DNA of 64,000 nucleotides from Rhizodiscina lignyota (Eukaryota): NCBI GenBank assembly GCA_010015805.1, contig ML978122.1, positions 2,700,453 to 2,764,452 of the forward strand, read 5' to 3'. Shown piece by piece: positions 61,701 to 64,000 of this stretch (position 1 is its first letter; each line of letters starts with the position of its first letter). The notes under the pieces were generated by a model. It saw only the letters and a program-made list of their open reading frames with translations, ran no database searches and was not told where the DNA came from. The position numbers and the translations under genes were made by a program.

Positions 61701-63031
61701 CTAGCCTTCGAACCCACCTTAGTCATCGAAGCCTCAATCAACTCGATGTTGAAAGCAGGATTGGCAATGATGCTCGACCTAGAAACACGACCTTCACCAC
61801 GTTCCTTGTTGAACATGTAGTTCAGTAATGGAACGTTTACTCTCTGAGAGGCCTTGCTGTCGACCGAAGAATTGTTCTCCTCCTGCTTCTTGGCGAACAT
61901 TTGACGAAGGAGTGGGACTTCTACCTTCTCTGTATCCTGGTCCTCCGCGCGTTTTGCCGCAAACATTTGTAGAAGCTTCGCCGGCATTGAAAGGTCCGTA
62001 TTCGTATCCGCATCGGACTTGGACAGAGGGCTCTCTGGAGGAGAGCATGGTATGCTGCCATCATGCTGACGAGGAGGAGTCAAGGATGTAGTCGAGCTCG
62101 AATTATTGCGATGATGAGACCCCGATGAATAATCGCCCTGCTTATATGGGCCTTGATGGCCGGTGTGGTTCGGGTACTTCAAAACCGCAAGCTGTTTATG
62201 CGTTGGGTGGGGAACACTCGAGACTACGATGTTGGCGGGCGCCGGTACGTAGGCTTGATGCCGATAAGCACCTGAACCCGTTGGAGCGGGGAAGTAGGGC
62301 AGGTAAGGGGCGTTCGGAATCCACTGGGGGCTGTGGAAGATGTTCGCGACAGGAAGGTGAGCGCCAGCAGTATTGTACCCTGCATAGCCATTGCTCATCT
62401 GCGGCACTGGATAGTGATGATTCGCATATCCATGGACCGCCGAAGGTTGAGAGGTCCCGAGAGGCGCGCCATTAACGTTAGCATTTGGCATCATGCCGAC
62501 AGTGTTGGGTGGTGGTTGCGGCATAATGAACTCCGGAGCCTCAACATTGAACTGCATCCCCGCCATGGTGTTAACTGACGTGTTCTGTGGGTTGTTGTGG
62601 AACCCATCAGCCGCGTTGTCAACGCTCGTGTTCGTGTTTGAAATGCGGCTGGCCGCCATCAGACCTGGAGGAGGTTGAAGGCCAGGAGGGTACTCTTCAG
62701 GGGGGACTAGCTCGCCACTATTAAGCCAGGCGCCAAGATGGGCCATTCCGGTGTGTGGGTCATTCGGCGCCTGTGAAGGGAAGTCAGGCGCAAACATCAA
62801 CGATATTGGGCCGCGACGCGGTTTGCTTACCTTCTCGCAAGTCAACGAAATCACCTTTCCTTTCTCGTTTTTCTCGCCTTCGAAGAACCTAAGCTTGTTG
62901 TCCAACGGCTTTGGGGCTTCGACAATGTCGCGAAGCTCGGCCTCACTATATAACCCGTTTGTACGATACTCGGTCTTGAAGCGGTTCGGCATTATGACAT
63001 TTGACGGAGTGCCGACGGTAAAGTCCGACAT
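58774..63031 (-). CDS. Large low-complexity protein with two PAM2-like motifs and a predicted C-terminal membrane anchor
   Basis: ATG at 63031. Intron 59071..59020 (GTAAGT..CTAAC..CAG) adds an 81-aa exon containing FLTALYLVVSSLLMLFASIMI. Motifs FNVEAPEFIMP and LDPNAVEFVP. Confidence 0.65.
60075..60312 (-). repeat. 129-nt (43-aa) intragenic duplication
   Basis: AGTGCAGAAGA(T/C)TGTCCAGATGCTGC at 60075 and 60204; protein repeat ETVS..ALQP.SNPYGYPEDNL..L.LAASGQSSAL. Confidence 0.9.
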
Positions 63032-64000
63032 GGTCTCTAGTAAATGCCACGAGGTTTCCGATTTCAATGCGATTTGTTGATTTGTAGAAATGCTTCGATG
63101 GGTGTGATGATGATTGACGACGGTGTGTGTATAGTGCACAAGTCGAATACAACTTCTGCGTTATCCAAGAGCTTGAAAATGGCGATTTTCTAGTGTCGGA
63201 GGCAGAGGTATCTGAGGTGCAAGACGTGTTGTCTGATGAAAAGGAAGAGAAGAAAGGGAGAGGGAGAGGAGGTGGTAAGAGGTTTTGATCCCCATCAACG
63301 ACACACCGTTGAAAACTACCATTGCCAAGGCTCTACCACACATTGTGAATTCACGTCCTAGTGTATGGCTGCAAAACGACCGCGTTGTCCGTACTTTCTA
63401 GCAGTGAGGTGAAGTATGTATGTAACAATGCAGGCGCGTGGACGACTAGCGTGCATTGCCCCTGAGAGACTCAGAAACCGCCATGGAACCATGGCCAATA
63501 CGATGAATTAATAAAGTAAAGGAATATATATAGCCCCGGGCTCAGGGTCTACATCGTTAAAATAGAGCTTATTAGCGGCTGCATTTATTGCAAAATGAGG
63601 CCGCAATAGATCAAAGAAATTCATAATGGGATTCACAATCCCATTGTCCAGGGGAGATTTGGATACGTTCAACGGCATGTACAAAGTCTCTTAGCATTGA
63701 CAAAGAAGCAGCAAAGCAGAAAGATTGCCCAATAGAAGGCAAGGCGAAATGGTAAGCATCAGATCGTGTACGAGAGATCGTATGGAACGGTAAGTAGCAG
63801 CTACAAACCTTGATTTTTGCTCAGCAACTTGATCGACTTCATTGTCTCACTTGCCATCTCCATTTAGTCTGACAGAGAGATCATACATATTTCACAATTG
63901 AAGTCGTTCAAACGTGTTCGTTATTTCAATATGGCTCTGCCGTCGTTATGCAGTTAGCGAATATTCATTTGTGCCCTGTTGAGACGAGCGCCTTCGCTCG

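Overview
Gene-dense eukaryotic DNA from a filamentous ascomycete (Pezizomycotina). The evidence is short GT-AG introns with CTRAC/CTAAY branch points and the fungal gene families present. About 26 protein-coding genes can be reconstructed by splicing the ORF track: GT31 and GT34 glycosyltransferases, a large GPI-anchored repeat protein, URK1, GID8, a CFA-synthase-type methyltransferase, RNase H2C, DUF4385, an amidase, a bacterial-looking ketopantoate-reductase-family gene, ESA1, REX4, ELP4, two complex I subunits, ATP17, TauD, an Amt/MEP transporter, a HeLo-like/NACHT NLR-type gene, a triple SUMO-like protein, a CE16/SGNH esterase, an SNG1/DUF3533 gene with an in-frame stop, and several unknowns. 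Main signals not visible in the ORF track: two box C/D snoRNAs in consecutive GID8 introns (U79-like and U32/snR40-like guides); a sensor-less NLR-type gene head-to-head with a tandem SUMO-like gene that needs a GC-AG intron; a PAM2-motif protein with a spliced-on membrane tail; and a decayed ~110-bp repeat found at two loci. I recognised no tRNA, rRNA, CRISPR array or intact transposon. All family calls come from motif recognition by eye, not database searches.
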